DNA of 64,000 nucleotides from an uncultured Verrucomicrobiae bacterium (lineage in GTDB: Bacteria > Verrucomicrobiota > Verrucomicrobiia > Chthoniobacterales > JAFAMB01): assembly GCA_963813025.1 (NCBI GenBank), contig CAWEXO010000001.1, positions 96,001-160,000 of the forward strand, given 5' to 3'. The position numbers and the translations under genes are program-made. The notes below the pieces were generated by a model that was not told where the DNA came from, searched no databases, and saw only the letters and a list, made by a program, of their open reading frames with translations. Shown here one piece after another: positions 18,001 through 27,212 of the stretch (positions are counted from its first letter, which is position 1; each line of letters opens with the position of its first letter).

Positions 18001-18064
18001 CGGTGGTTCTCAGATAACGCTGCCGGCGTGGTTACCGCCTGGATACGGGTCCTGCGGGAGGAGT

Positions 18065-18298
18065 TCAGGCGCCGTCGTTCCCAATGGCCTCAACCGGGCA
18101 ACCTTCCATGGCCTCCTTGCAAAGAGCCTCTTCTTCCGGAGACGTCGGCTGCTTGTACACATAGGAGTGACCGCCGTCATCATCCCGGGTAAAATTCGCC
18201 GGGGCCGTTTCACGACAGAGATCACAATCGATGCACTGATCGTCCACGTAAAACATGCCTGCTACGTTTTGTGCGTACTTGTTCGCAACGTCTGCCAT
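18065..18298 (-). CDS. Ferredoxin (single cluster)
   Basis: CIDCDLC...CPVEAI. Confidence 0.9.
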   Translation of the reverse strand: MADVANKYAQNVAGMFYVDDQCIDCDLCRETAPANFTRDDDGGHSYVYKQPTSPEEEALCKEAMEGCPVEAIGNDGA

Positions 18299-18460
18299 AA
18301 TAACCTGAGTTCCTGGTTCGCCTTAAACTCTGCGTATCGGGACAATAGTTCCTGCCAAAGCCTGCTAATCTAACAACGGATCTGCTGACTGCAAGTAGCG
18401 CCTTCGAGCGCCGCCGCGCCGGGCGAGGCCGCGCCTCAGACCCCAAGCGGCGGGCACTCT

Positions 18461-19279
18461 TCAAAGGGCCAGACGACGAAAAATCTCGTCGAGCGGTACT
18501 TGCAAGCCGATGTAAAATTCGCCGAAGTCGGCAAACTGAGCACTCACTTCGTCAAATCGCATTTCGTAAACGATCTTTTTAATGTCAAACACGTCATGAG
18601 CGAAGAGCGAAACGCCCCATTCCCAATCGTCTAGTCCGGTGGCGCCGGTAATCAACTGCCTGACCCGACCGGAGAACCGGCGTCCGACGCGCGCATGACC
18701 GGCCATTAGTTTTTTGCGCTGCTCAAAGGGGAGAGCGTACCAGTTCTGCCCAGCGAGGCGACGTTTGGTCATGGGATAGAAACAAAACACCGGCCAATCC
18801 GGCATATTTGGATAGAGCCGATCGGAAAGGTACTTGGCCATACGGCTGTTGAATTCCGCGAGAGCATTCGCATACTCCGGCGTTCCGGGCGTCAACCCGC
18901 GTTCATCGGTCAGCGTAGCAACGTACTCCGTTTCGGTGGTGGTGTATTCGCTGCGTTCGGTGAGGGAGTAGAAGCTGAATACCGGGGTCAGAACGTCAGG
19001 ACTGAGTGACTGAGTGAGGCGCTTCTCAATACTGTTGGCTTCGTGCAGGTCCTCCGCAAGCAGCATAAACCCGAGATCAGCTTTCGCGGTCAGCATGCTG
19101 AAAACGAGCAGCTGGGTCGCCGGCAAACAGCGAATTTCCTGCACCACCGCCGTCAACGCGGTTTTGCTTTTCACCTTTTCAGCGGCATCAAGAAGCTGCC
19201 ATTGGCCGTGTTCAATCCGGTAAAACAGGTGCAGCACGTTCCAGCCTTCCTGCGGTCGCAGAGTCGTTTTCGCGGACAT
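18461..19279 (-). CDS. Chlorite dismutase-family heme protein / coproheme decarboxylase (HemQ/ChdC-like)
   Basis: EGWNVLHLFY, FYPMTKRR, NWYALP..RKKLM.GH, GLDDWEWGV, MRFDEVSA. Confidence 0.88.
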   Translation of the reverse strand: MSAKTTLRPQEGWNVLHLFYRIEHGQWQLLDAAEKVKSKTALTAVVQEIRCLPATQLLVFSMLTAKADLGFMLLAEDLHEANSIEKRLTQSLSPDVLTPVFSFYSLTERSEYTTTETEYVATLTDERGLTPGTPEYANALAEFNSRMAKYLSDRLYPNMPDWPVFCFYPMTKRRLAGQNWYALPFEQRKKLMAGHARVGRRFSGRVRQLITGATGLDDWEWGVSLFAHDVFDIKKIVYEMRFDEVSAQFADFGEFYIGLQVPLDEIFRRLAL

Positions 19280-19318
19280 GGCGTAACGCTAGGGAAAAAC
19301 GACGGAGGTTCAATGTCC

Positions 19319-19400
19319 AACTGGCACTGGCGCTGATAGCCGATGGCCGATGACAACTGGCAGCACTAGCACTAGCACTAGCACTGCCACTGGCACTGTG
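19319..19400. repeat. Hexamer/heptamer array in reverse orientation (GCACTA/GCACTG, CCGATGG)
   Basis: Reverse complement of the arrays at 3858 and 14926. Confidence 0.8.
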
Positions 19401-19412
19401 CCACTGTTCTCT

Positions 19413-20228
19413 GTGCCAACTGAGATCAAGCGAGCGGCTCTCCGTGCGGTGCTGGCGAGTCAACAGCGTTTAATGGTGGCGTATTCGGGTGGCGTCGATA
19501 GCTCCTATCTCCTGGCCGAAGCGGTCGATGTCCTGGGCGATGCCGCTTTGGCGGTAATTGCGGACAGTCCCAGTTTGCCGCGCAAATCCCTGGAAAATGC
19601 TCTCACGCTGGCGCGCGATCTTGGTGGAAAAATCGAGGTGCTCGAGACTGAGGAATTGAGTGATCCGCGCTACTCCAGCAACCCCGTCAACCGCTGTTAT
19701 TTCTGCAAAGCGGAGCTGTTTCAACGGATGGAACAATTGGCCCGCAGGCGCGGTTACCGCGCGCTCGCCTACGGCGAGAATGCAGATGATGCCTTGGAAG
19801 TGCGCCCCGGCTCCCGAGCCGCCGAGGAATTTCACGTCCTTGCGCCATTGCGTTTAGCCGGTCTCACGAAGGCGGAGATCCGGCAACTGCTGCGATCCCG
19901 GAACCTCTCGATCGCCGATGCGCCAGCGCAGCCATGTCTCAGTTCACGCATTCCTCACGGCATTCCGGTCACGGCCGCGGCTCTGGGTTCAATCGAAAGG
20001 GCGGAGGACTGGGTCCGGGCCTTTGGCTTGCGGGTTTTCCGGGTCCGTTACTTACCGGGCGAGGGCGAAACTGGCCCGCGAGCTCGTTTGCAGGTTGCTC
20101 AGGACGAGATGCATCTGCTGCAGGGCCGTGAAACCGAAGTTCTGAGCGAGCTCCTCCGAGCCGGCTTTTCCGAGGCGATGATTGATCCGAACGGCTATCG
20201 GCCGCCGGTTCGGCAAATGACTCGATAG
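19413..20228 (+). CDS. larE: LarE-family ATP-dependent sulfur transferase (PP-loop)
   Basis: AYSGGVDS, RCYFCK, GENADD..RPG, PCLSSRIPHG. GTG start chosen downstream of the repeat. Confidence 0.88.
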   Translation: MPTEIKRAALRAVLASQQRLMVAYSGGVDSSYLLAEAVDVLGDAALAVIADSPSLPRKSLENALTLARDLGGKIEVLETEELSDPRYSSNPVNRCYFCKAELFQRMEQLARRRGYRALAYGENADDALEVRPGSRAAEEFHVLAPLRLAGLTKAEIRQLLRSRNLSIADAPAQPCLSSRIPHGIPVTAAALGSIERAEDWVRAFGLRVFRVRYLPGEGETGPRARLQVAQDEMHLLQGRETEVLSELLRAGFSEAMIDPNGYRPPVRQMTR

Positions 20229-20258
20229 CAGGCGGGCTTCTCTCACGGTTCTTCCACT

Positions 20259-20290
20259 CGGTAGGGACGAGCTCCCGCTCGTCCAAATCG
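20259..20290 (+). repeat. Single GTAG REP
   Basis: GTAG-GGACGAGC-TCCC-GCTCGTCC, a perfect hairpin. Confidence 0.85.
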
Positions 20291-20392
20291 CGGAGACAAA
20301 ATTCCGTTGCCCCTGCCGACGCTTTGCGCTATTGACTTCCCTCCCCTGTTTCCGGCGTCCTGCGACCTGGAGCAAGGGCCCGTAGGTATCCT

Positions 20393-20743
20393 ATGATTTT
20401 GACGATTTTCCTCTTGGCGCAACAGGCTTCCCCGGCCGCTCCTGCACCCGCGCCGCAGACTAGCTTCCTGCCGACGATCGCGATCTACGTCTGCTTTTTT
20501 ATTATCATCTATTTTTTGATGTTCCGGCCAAATCAGAAAAAGCAGAGGGAACGTGCGCAACTGATGGCCAGCCTCAAGACCGGCGACAGGGTGGTAACCA
20601 CGAGTGGTATCCACGGGCTGGTGTCCAATGTAAAGGATTCCACTCTCCTGCTCAAAATTGCTGATAACGTAAAGATCGAGGTCGAGAAAAGCGCTATTTC
20701 CTCCGTGGCTCGGCCGAGCGAAGCGACAAAATCAGTGACCTAG
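20393..20743 (+). CDS. yajC: Preprotein translocase subunit YajC
   Basis: YFLMFRPNQKKQ, LKTGDRVVTTSGIHG. Confidence 0.93.
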   Translation: MILTIFLLAQQASPAAPAPAPQTSFLPTIAIYVCFFIIIYFLMFRPNQKKQRERAQLMASLKTGDRVVTTSGIHGLVSNVKDSTLLLKIADNVKIEVEKSAISSVARPSEATKSVT

Positions 20744-20754
20744 GAGGGGCGTCG

Positions 20755-23124
20755 ATGAATCCCACCCTCACGTTTTTTTTCGGTCTCCTGCTCCTGGTTA
20801 TATTTGCCTGGTACTTCGTTAGCGAGAAAGACCGGGTAAAACGCTGGCTGGCCACTGTTCTGACCGTCCTGCTCTGCGCTTTTTGTATCGATTCGTTCCT
20901 GCCGCTGGATCAGAAGATTCGCCTTGGCCTGGATTTGCAGGGCGGCACGTCTTTTCTGATCCGGTTGGTTTCACCGACCGGCGAGAACGGCGCACCGCGG
21001 ACTATTACGCCGGAGATGCAGGACCAGGCGGTCGAAGTCATCCGCCGGCGCGTCGACCAGTTCGGGGTCAGTGAACCCGTCATTACCAAGCAAGGGATCG
21101 ACCGGATCCTGGTCCAGATACCGGGCCTCGATACCGCACAAATCGAGAACGCTCGCCAGCAGCTTCAACGTGTCGCCAAACTGGAGTTTCGGCTGGTTCA
21201 CCCGAACATGGATACTCTGCTTCCGCAAATTGAGTCGGGGGCAACGTTCACTCCTCCGGGGTACGTCATTTTACCGGGGAAACCTGAGCAGCCGATCGAG
21301 GGAACGGCTAAAAGCGCTCCGAAAGCGGCGAAGTACCTGGTCAAAAGGCGGCCTGAGCTAACCGGCGACCAGATCACCCGGGCCCAAGCGACTTTCGAGA
21401 CACGCGGCTACGAGGTCTCTCTGAAATTTACCAGTCAGGGCGCCGAGATCTTTCGCACGGTTACGCGGGACAACATCAATAATCGGTTGGCTATCGTGCT
21501 GGACGGCGAGGTGATCTCCGCTCCCGTCATTCAAAGCGAGATTCCCAACGGCCAGGCTGTAATCACTGGGAATTTTACGGCAGACGAGGCTCGCGCGCTG
21601 GCCAGTGCGCTCGAGAATCCGCTCCAGACTCCCGTGGTCATCGATGAGATGAACAGCGTCTCGGCCACACTTGGACACGACTCGATTATGGGAGGAGTCA
21701 TCGCTGGTCTGGCCGGGCTCGGCGCAACCCTCCTCTTCGTGCTGATCTATTATCGAACGGCGGGCGCAGTGGCTCTCATCGGGCTTGCCGTCAACGGGAT
21801 CCTGCTATTCGGGATCATGTCGCTATTCGGTTTCGTCCTCACCCTGCCGGGTATCGCCGGTATTATCCTGACGATCGGCATGGCGGTGGATTCCAATGTC
21901 CTGATCTACGAACGCTTGCGCGAGGAGCTTGATTCCGGCAAAACGTTGCGACCCGCTATCGAAGCCGCTTACCGGAAGGCGTTCAGCGCCATTTTTGATG
22001 CGAACGTAACGACGCTGATCACTGCCGGCATCCTCTTTTGGTTAGGCTCCGGTCCGGTCAAGGGATTCGCCGTCACCCTGACGGTCGGTATCATCGCTTC
22101 CATGTTTTCCGCGTTGCTGGTTACCCGAAACGTATTCAGCTGGGCCAACGCCTTCAATGCAATCAAGCGCATCTCGATGCTGCACTTGATCCGATCGAAA
22201 AGTTTTGATTTTCTCGGCAAGCGCCGGATCGCGATCGCCGGATCTCTTCTGTTGATTGCCGCTTCCATCGCGGCTTTCGCCATTCAGCGGCAGAATGCTC
22301 TGAATATAGATTTCACCGGAGGCGACCTTTTGCGGATTCACGCCGACAAACCGTTGACGGAGGCGGAGGTGCGCGGTCAGTTGGAAAAAATCGGCTTGGG
22401 CGACGTCGTGATTCAGCGAGAAACCAACCGGGTGAACAACCAAGTCATCAACTACTTTGAGATCCGTTCCCCGTTCCAGACGGCTTCCCGGATTACCGCG
22501 CAACTGCAGCAGGGCTTGCCCCAGGTACATCTGACCGTTGACAAGTCGGTCGGTGTCGGACCGGTTATCGGTTCAAGCTTAGCGAAAACATCCTTGCTGG
22601 CCCTCGCTCTGGGAGTTCTGGGAATCCTCATTTACGTCACGCTTCGGTTCGAATTCTCTTTTGCCGTGGGTGCAATCGTGGCCCTGGTGCATGATGTCAT
22701 TATTACTTTGGGAGTGTTTGTCCTGACCGGACACAAGCTCTCGCTGGAAGTCGTCAGCGCCGTCCTCACTATCGGTGGGTATTCGATTAACGATACCATT
22801 GTCGTTTTCGACCGAATCCGTGAAGGCTTTCACGCCGGCCGGAAAGGGAGCACTCAGGCCATCATGAACGCCAGCATCAATGAGACACTGAGCCGGACCT
22901 TGCTCACCAGCGGTGTCACCCTGATTTGTATGCTTTCGCTGCTGTTTTTTGGCGGCGCCGTCCTGCACGATTTCGCTTTCACCATAGTAATCGGCATCGT
23001 GGTCGGAACGTACTCTTCGATTTTTATCGCTTCCCCGATCGTTCTCTGGTGGAGCGATTGGCGAAAAGGCAACCTGCGGCGCGAAGTGACCAAGCCCCAG
23101 GCACAGCAGCCCGCCAAAGCCTGA
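20755..23124 (+). CDS. secDF: Fused protein translocase subunit SecDF
   Basis: LGLDLQGG, GMAVDSNVLIYER, IDFTGG, GYSINDTIVVFDRIRE. Confidence 0.95.
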   Translation: MNPTLTFFFGLLLLVIFAWYFVSEKDRVKRWLATVLTVLLCAFCIDSFLPLDQKIRLGLDLQGGTSFLIRLVSPTGENGAPRTITPEMQDQAVEVIRRRVDQFGVSEPVITKQGIDRILVQIPGLDTAQIENARQQLQRVAKLEFRLVHPNMDTLLPQIESGATFTPPGYVILPGKPEQPIEGTAKSAPKAAKYLVKRRPELTGDQITRAQATFETRGYEVSLKFTSQGAEIFRTVTRDNINNRLAIVLDGEVISAPVIQSEIPNGQAVITGNFTADEARALASALENPLQTPVVIDEMNSVSATLGHDSIMGGVIAGLAGLGATLLFVLIYYRTAGAVALIGLAVNGILLFGIMSLFGFVLTLPGIAGIILTIGMAVDSNVLIYERLREELDSGKTLRPAIEAAYRKAFSAIFDANVTTLITAGILFWLGSGPVKGFAVTLTVGIIASMFSALLVTRNVFSWANAFNAIKRISMLHLIRSKSFDFLGKRRIAIAGSLLLIAASIAAFAIQRQNALNIDFTGGDLLRIHADKPLTEAEVRGQLEKIGLGDVVIQRETNRVNNQVINYFEIRSPFQTASRITAQLQQGLPQVHLTVDKSVGVGPVIGSSLAKTSLLALALGVLGILIYVTLRFEFSFAVGAIVALVHDVIITLGVFVLTGHKLSLEVVSAVLTIGGYSINDTIVVFDRIREGFHAGRKGSTQAIMNASINETLSRTLLTSGVTLICMLSLLFFGGAVLHDFAFTIVIGIVVGTYSSIFIASPIVLWWSDWRKGNLRREVTKPQAQQPAKA

Positions 23125-23186
23125 CATCTCGGCCAAGAGCGTCTTCGAAGATTTCAACAGAGAAAATCGATGTCGACTCTTCCGCA

Positions 23187-24428
23187 CTAGCGACCACAGA
23201 GTTCCAGCTCTTCTAAAACGCGGTCGGCCTCTTGGGCGGTGTTATAGTGGACGAACCCGACGCGAACCACCCCGCCGGAATCCTCCAGCCCAAGCTGCTT
23301 GATCAGCTCAACCGCGTAGAAATGGCCGTTCCAGACAAACACTCCTCGATTACCAAGCCGTTGGGCAGTTTCCGCGGGAGATTGTCCGTCAACTCGCAAT
23401 GCGAAGGTCGGTGTCCGGCGATTCAGAGTATTGAGCTCCGCTAATCCGAAAAGCCGAATACCTTGCAATCGTTGCAAGCCTTCCAGGAAACGCCGGCTGA
23501 GGCTCATCTCATAATTCTCGATCGCCGACATGGCTTCGCGTAAACCGCCGTCGTGGCCGACTTGCCCAGCAAGTCGCCGCAGATAGTCCAGCGCGGCCAC
23601 CGCACCCGCGATCCCCTCTAAGTTTGCGGTTCCAGTCTCCCACTTGCCCGGCGCGTCCTCCGGAGCCGGCCGAACCCGATAGCTTTCCAGATTTTCCAAA
23701 AAGTCCAGTCGACCCCAAAGCACACCGAGATGCGGTCCAAAAAATTTGTAAACCGAACAGACCAGGAAATCGCAATCGAGTTTTTGCACATCGATGGGCG
23801 CATGCGGAGCGTAGTGCACCGCGTCAACGAAAGTCTGCGCCCCGGCTGCTTTGGCAAGCCGGAGGGCAGCGGCTGCATCCAGCCGGCTGCCGGTCGCATT
23901 CGAAGCCAAACCAACCGCGAGTAACCGGGTTCGATCGGAAACCAGCTCCGGCAAGTCCGCAATCGACAGGGTGCAGCACTCTGGACGGACCTTCCACACT
24001 TTGACGGTTACTCCTCGTTCGGCGGCGGCGAGGCGCCACGGTGTGATGTTGGCATCGTGGTCCAGCGAGGTAACAATGATTTCGTCGCCTGGTTTCCACG
24101 TCCGGGCAAGCGCTCTGCTCAAACCGAAGGTGAGTGTCGTCATGTTAGGCCCAAAGACGATCTCTTCCGGTTGTCTGGCGTTCAGGAACTCAGCCATGGC
24201 CTCCCGGCCGCATTGCACGAGTTCGCCGGTTTGGCGGCTCAAAACAAATTGGCCACCTAAATTGCTGTTCTGCCGACGATAATAATCGGTCACGGCCTGG
24301 ATCACGACGGCTGGGACCTGGGTACCTCCTGGTCCGTCCAGGAAAACCGCGGCCCGGCCTTCAACGATCAGCCGAAGAGAAGGGAACTGGTCTCGAACCC
24401 AGGAAATCGGAAAGAGTGATTCAGTCAT
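23187..24428 (-). CDS. Cysteine desulfurase-like class V PLP enzyme
   Basis: LDGPGGTQVP, DHDAN, DAVHYAPH, SVYKFFGPH, ETGT. It has WNGHFYA where SufS has the catalytic Cys. Confidence 0.88.
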   Translation of the reverse strand: MTESLFPISWVRDQFPSLRLIVEGRAAVFLDGPGGTQVPAVVIQAVTDYYRRQNSNLGGQFVLSRQTGELVQCGREAMAEFLNARQPEEIVFGPNMTTLTFGLSRALARTWKPGDEIIVTSLDHDANITPWRLAAAERGVTVKVWKVRPECCTLSIADLPELVSDRTRLLAVGLASNATGSRLDAAAALRLAKAAGAQTFVDAVHYAPHAPIDVQKLDCDFLVCSVYKFFGPHLGVLWGRLDFLENLESYRVRPAPEDAPGKWETGTANLEGIAGAVAALDYLRRLAGQVGHDGGLREAMSAIENYEMSLSRRFLEGLQRLQGIRLFGLAELNTLNRRTPTFALRVDGQSPAETAQRLGNRGVFVWNGHFYAVELIKQLGLEDSGGVVRVGFVHYNTAQEADRVLEELELCGR

Positions 24429-24476
24429 CGCAGCCTTCCCCGGTCGCAAGTCTCTAAGGATTTTGAGCGATGCAGG

Positions 24477-25115
24477 CTAAGCTGTCATCACAAACACGTC
24501 GCGCACGCCTTCGCCGGACGTTTGGGGGTAGAGGGCACTCGTGTAATGAAATAGCCGCCGGTCATTGACCAACACAAATTCGCCAGGTTGTAGTTCCTTC
24601 GCAAAAATCGGCGGTTTCTCCGGATCGCTGTACAGATGAGTCTCGGCGCCATACAGGTTTCGCCGCTTGATGCAGAAGATGCCCACGAAATCAAAACCGT
24701 CCTGGTGAATGCCTTCAGGAGCCGGTTCTCCTTGTTCCTCCGGCGAGGCAACCACGCGGATCTGATGAACTCCTACCTCTGTGGTCACTGGATCGATCTT
24801 CGAGAAATCAACAAATTTTGCGACAAGCAGCTTGAATTCTGTCATCTCGATCAAGCCGGCCTCCAGCTCTTCGAAATCCCGTTTCACGCCCCCCGCCAGC
24901 TTATTGACCCGGGCGCTCTGTTCAAAAACTTTGTGGTCAAGCCGGGTCAGATTTTCCGGCTCTCCGCGGAAACGGGAAAACCGCCGCCGCCGAAAATTTC
25001 CCTTAATGTAAGGGTCTCGCGGAAGCCGGCTGAAAAATGGTTCAAAGACCATCTCCGAAAAACTGGAAAGAAGCTGAACCTTGTAATCAAAATCAGTGTT
25101 TTGCAGGAGGGACAT
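24477..25115 (-). CDS. 2OG-Fe(II) dioxygenase family protein
   Basis: PEGIHQDG (HxD), distal His in LFHYT, and RDV. Confidence 0.8.
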   Translation of the reverse strand: MSLLQNTDFDYKVQLLSSFSEMVFEPFFSRLPRDPYIKGNFRRRRFSRFRGEPENLTRLDHKVFEQSARVNKLAGGVKRDFEELEAGLIEMTEFKLLVAKFVDFSKIDPVTTEVGVHQIRVVASPEEQGEPAPEGIHQDGFDFVGIFCIKRRNLYGAETHLYSDPEKPPIFAKELQPGEFVLVNDRRLFHYTSALYPQTSGEGVRDVFVMTA

Positions 25116-25162
25116 CTATAAACGTACTTCCGTCGGGAGGGACAAACAACTCGGAGGGCGCT

Positions 25163-25272
25163 TCATCGGCCATCGGTCCTCGGTCATCAGCTATCGGTCA
25201 TCAGCTATCGATTATCGGACATCGTCATCCGTCATCGGCCATCGTCATCCGTCATCCGTCATCAGCTATCGG
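25163..25272. repeat. Heptamer tandem array (CATCGGC/CATCCGT/TATCGGT variants)
   Basis: Read directly, between divergent genes. Confidence 0.85.
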
Positions 25273-25303
25273 CAGTTGGCTCTCCGATGTATGCTGGCCA
25301 TCT

Positions 25304-25723
25304 ATGGACTTTGTCACCAGACCGTCCTTTACGTTCCGTCGCGAAACCGGGCTGCCGGACATCGATGCGGTGGTCGATTTATACAAAAGCTGCACGCTGG
25401 GCGCGCGGAGACCGGTCGATGATCGTCAACGGATGTTGGCCATGCTGAAAGGCGCTAACCTGATAATTACCGCATGGGACGCGCAACAATTGATCGGCAT
25501 TGCCCGTTCACTTTCTGATTTCTCGTACGTAACCTATCTTTCTGACCTCGCAGTGCGCGAGAGTCACCAGAGTCTGGGCATTGGCAAAGAACTTCTCCGC
25601 CGCACACAGGAGGCGGGGGGCTCCGCAGTACACGTGGTTCTCATCGCCGCACCTGGAGTCGACGACTACTATCGAAAACTTGGCTTGGAGTCGCGTACTG
25701 GATTCGTGCTCGTGGCTCACTGA
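25304..25723 (+). CDS. GNAT family N-acetyltransferase
   Basis: YLSDLAV...QSLGIGKELL, YYRKLG; ATG at 25304. Confidence 0.85.
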   Translation: MDFVTRPSFTFRRETGLPDIDAVVDLYKSCTLGARRPVDDRQRMLAMLKGANLIITAWDAQQLIGIARSLSDFSYVTYLSDLAVRESHQSLGIGKELLRRTQEAGGSAVHVVLIAAPGVDDYYRKLGLESRTGFVLVAH

Positions 25724-25785
25724 CTGGACGCAGTTTGCCGACTATCGATTTAGTGGGTGTCAGTGGTCGCTCCACGTGTCTTTGG

Positions 25786-25945
25786 ACGGTAGGGCGAGAA
25801 TTCAGAGATTGTCTCGCAACCCACGTTGGTAGGGGCAAGCTCCGCTTGAACCTCCTTATTGTGGATCACGTCTCGATTTGGACGAGCAGAGCTCATCCCT
25901 ACCGAACGCTGGTGGCCACGGAGCGGTAGGGACCGGCTCCGTCGG
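25786..25945 (+). repeat. GTAG REP cluster / REPIN
   Basis: GTAGGGCGAGAATTC..., GTAGGGGCAAGCTCCGCTTG..., inverted GAGCTCATCCCTAC, GTAGGGACCG. Confidence 0.85.
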
Positions 25946-25962
25946 TCCGCTTTCTGACGCGA

Positions 25963-26286
25963 TCAGCGTCCGGTGATCGCCCCCGTGCGCACCTCATCGA
26001 GAAAGGCGAGCATCCGGTTCAAAGCTTCTCGCCCTGCCGGGTCGTCCAAGTTGAACTGGTACTCGTGCGGAAGCGGCGGAACACGGGAAGCCGGGAAGCA
26101 AAGAGTCTCGACGTGGACACCCAGGCCACTGAGTTCCTGTGCGAGCGCGACAGCCTGCGATTCCAACGGGTCGCCATTGCCGCTCGAGATAAAGCTCGGC
26201 GGGAAGGCACGGGTTACATGGCCCGTGACGGACATCAGCCCGAACCGCTCATCCTCCCGCTCAGCCCGTTCAACCCTGACGTTCAC
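25963..26286 (-). pseudogene. C-terminal remnant of an alpha/beta hydrolase
   Basis: FPPSFISSGNGDPL and LPHEYQF are present, but there is no N-terminal HGGG or GDSAG region. Confidence 0.6.
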
Positions 26287-27212
26287 CTCCGGGTAGTGGC
26301 AATGGCCAGAACAATTATAATCAGGAGTCCTTGCGCAACCTGCTGCAAACCGCCAGCCAACCGCAACACCTGCATCGTCGTCACGACCATCACCAGAAAA
26401 ATCGATCCCAGGATGGTTCCGAGCGCGGTCGCTCGACCACCCAGGATCGAGGTACCCCCGACGACCACAGCGCCGACGGACTGCAACAGGAATGGACTAC
26501 CCATTTCCAAAAAAGCACCACCGACTCTTCCGGAAAGCATCACGCCGCCTAGCGCCGCCAACAGTCCGCTCAAAAGATAAGCCACGGTGCGCGTCCGGTG
26601 GACGCCGATGCCCGCCAAACGCGCTGCGGCCGGGCTCTGACCGACCGCGGCTAGACTTCGGCCATAAACGGTTCGATCAAGCACAAAAAGCGCAATCAAA
26701 GTCAAGGCGAACGCCGCGATCAACGGCACCGGAATTTCCAGCAGCCGCGCGCTGGCCAAATAGACGAGCGCCGGACTGATCGCGTACGTCCGGAAGCCGC
26801 GATTGTATAGAAGCGTAGCAGTGGTCAGAATATATCCCACAGCCAATGTGGCGATGATCGGCGGAATCCGCAGATGATTGACGATCGCCGCATTCAACCA
26901 TCCCATTACCAGCCCCAGCCCGAGCACAAGCAACAGTCCCGCCGGCAAACGTCCGTCACTTCCGTTAATGAAGCTGGTTCCGACAAACGCGGAAAGAGTC
27001 ATGACGTTCGGGATCGAGAGATCGACCGCCCCATTGCCGGTAGTGACCACAAACATTTGTCCAAGCGCGACAACGCAAAGCAGTGCCGCCGATCCCAGTA
27101 TTCCGCTTAGGCTGGCGAAGCTGATCTGCCCGGCGCCGAAACTGAGAATGCCCCAAAGCACAAGAATACCCAGGAACGCCCAAATCCAAGGCTGGCTGAT
27201 GATACGCTTCAT
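26283..27212 (-). CDS. Sugar ABC transporter permease (RbsC family)
   Basis: DLSIP, IPPIIATL, GRSLAAVG..AARLAGI, VVVGGTSILGG. Confidence 0.9.
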   Translation of the reverse strand: MKRIISQPWIWAFLGILVLWGILSFGAGQISFASLSGILGSAALLCVVALGQMFVVTTGNGAVDLSIPNVMTLSAFVGTSFINGSDGRLPAGLLLVLGLGLVMGWLNAAIVNHLRIPPIIATLAVGYILTTATLLYNRGFRTYAISPALVYLASARLLEIPVPLIAAFALTLIALFVLDRTVYGRSLAAVGQSPAAARLAGIGVHRTRTVAYLLSGLLAALGGVMLSGRVGGAFLEMGSPFLLQSVGAVVVGGTSILGGRATALGTILGSIFLVMVVTTMQVLRLAGGLQQVAQGLLIIIVLAIATTRR

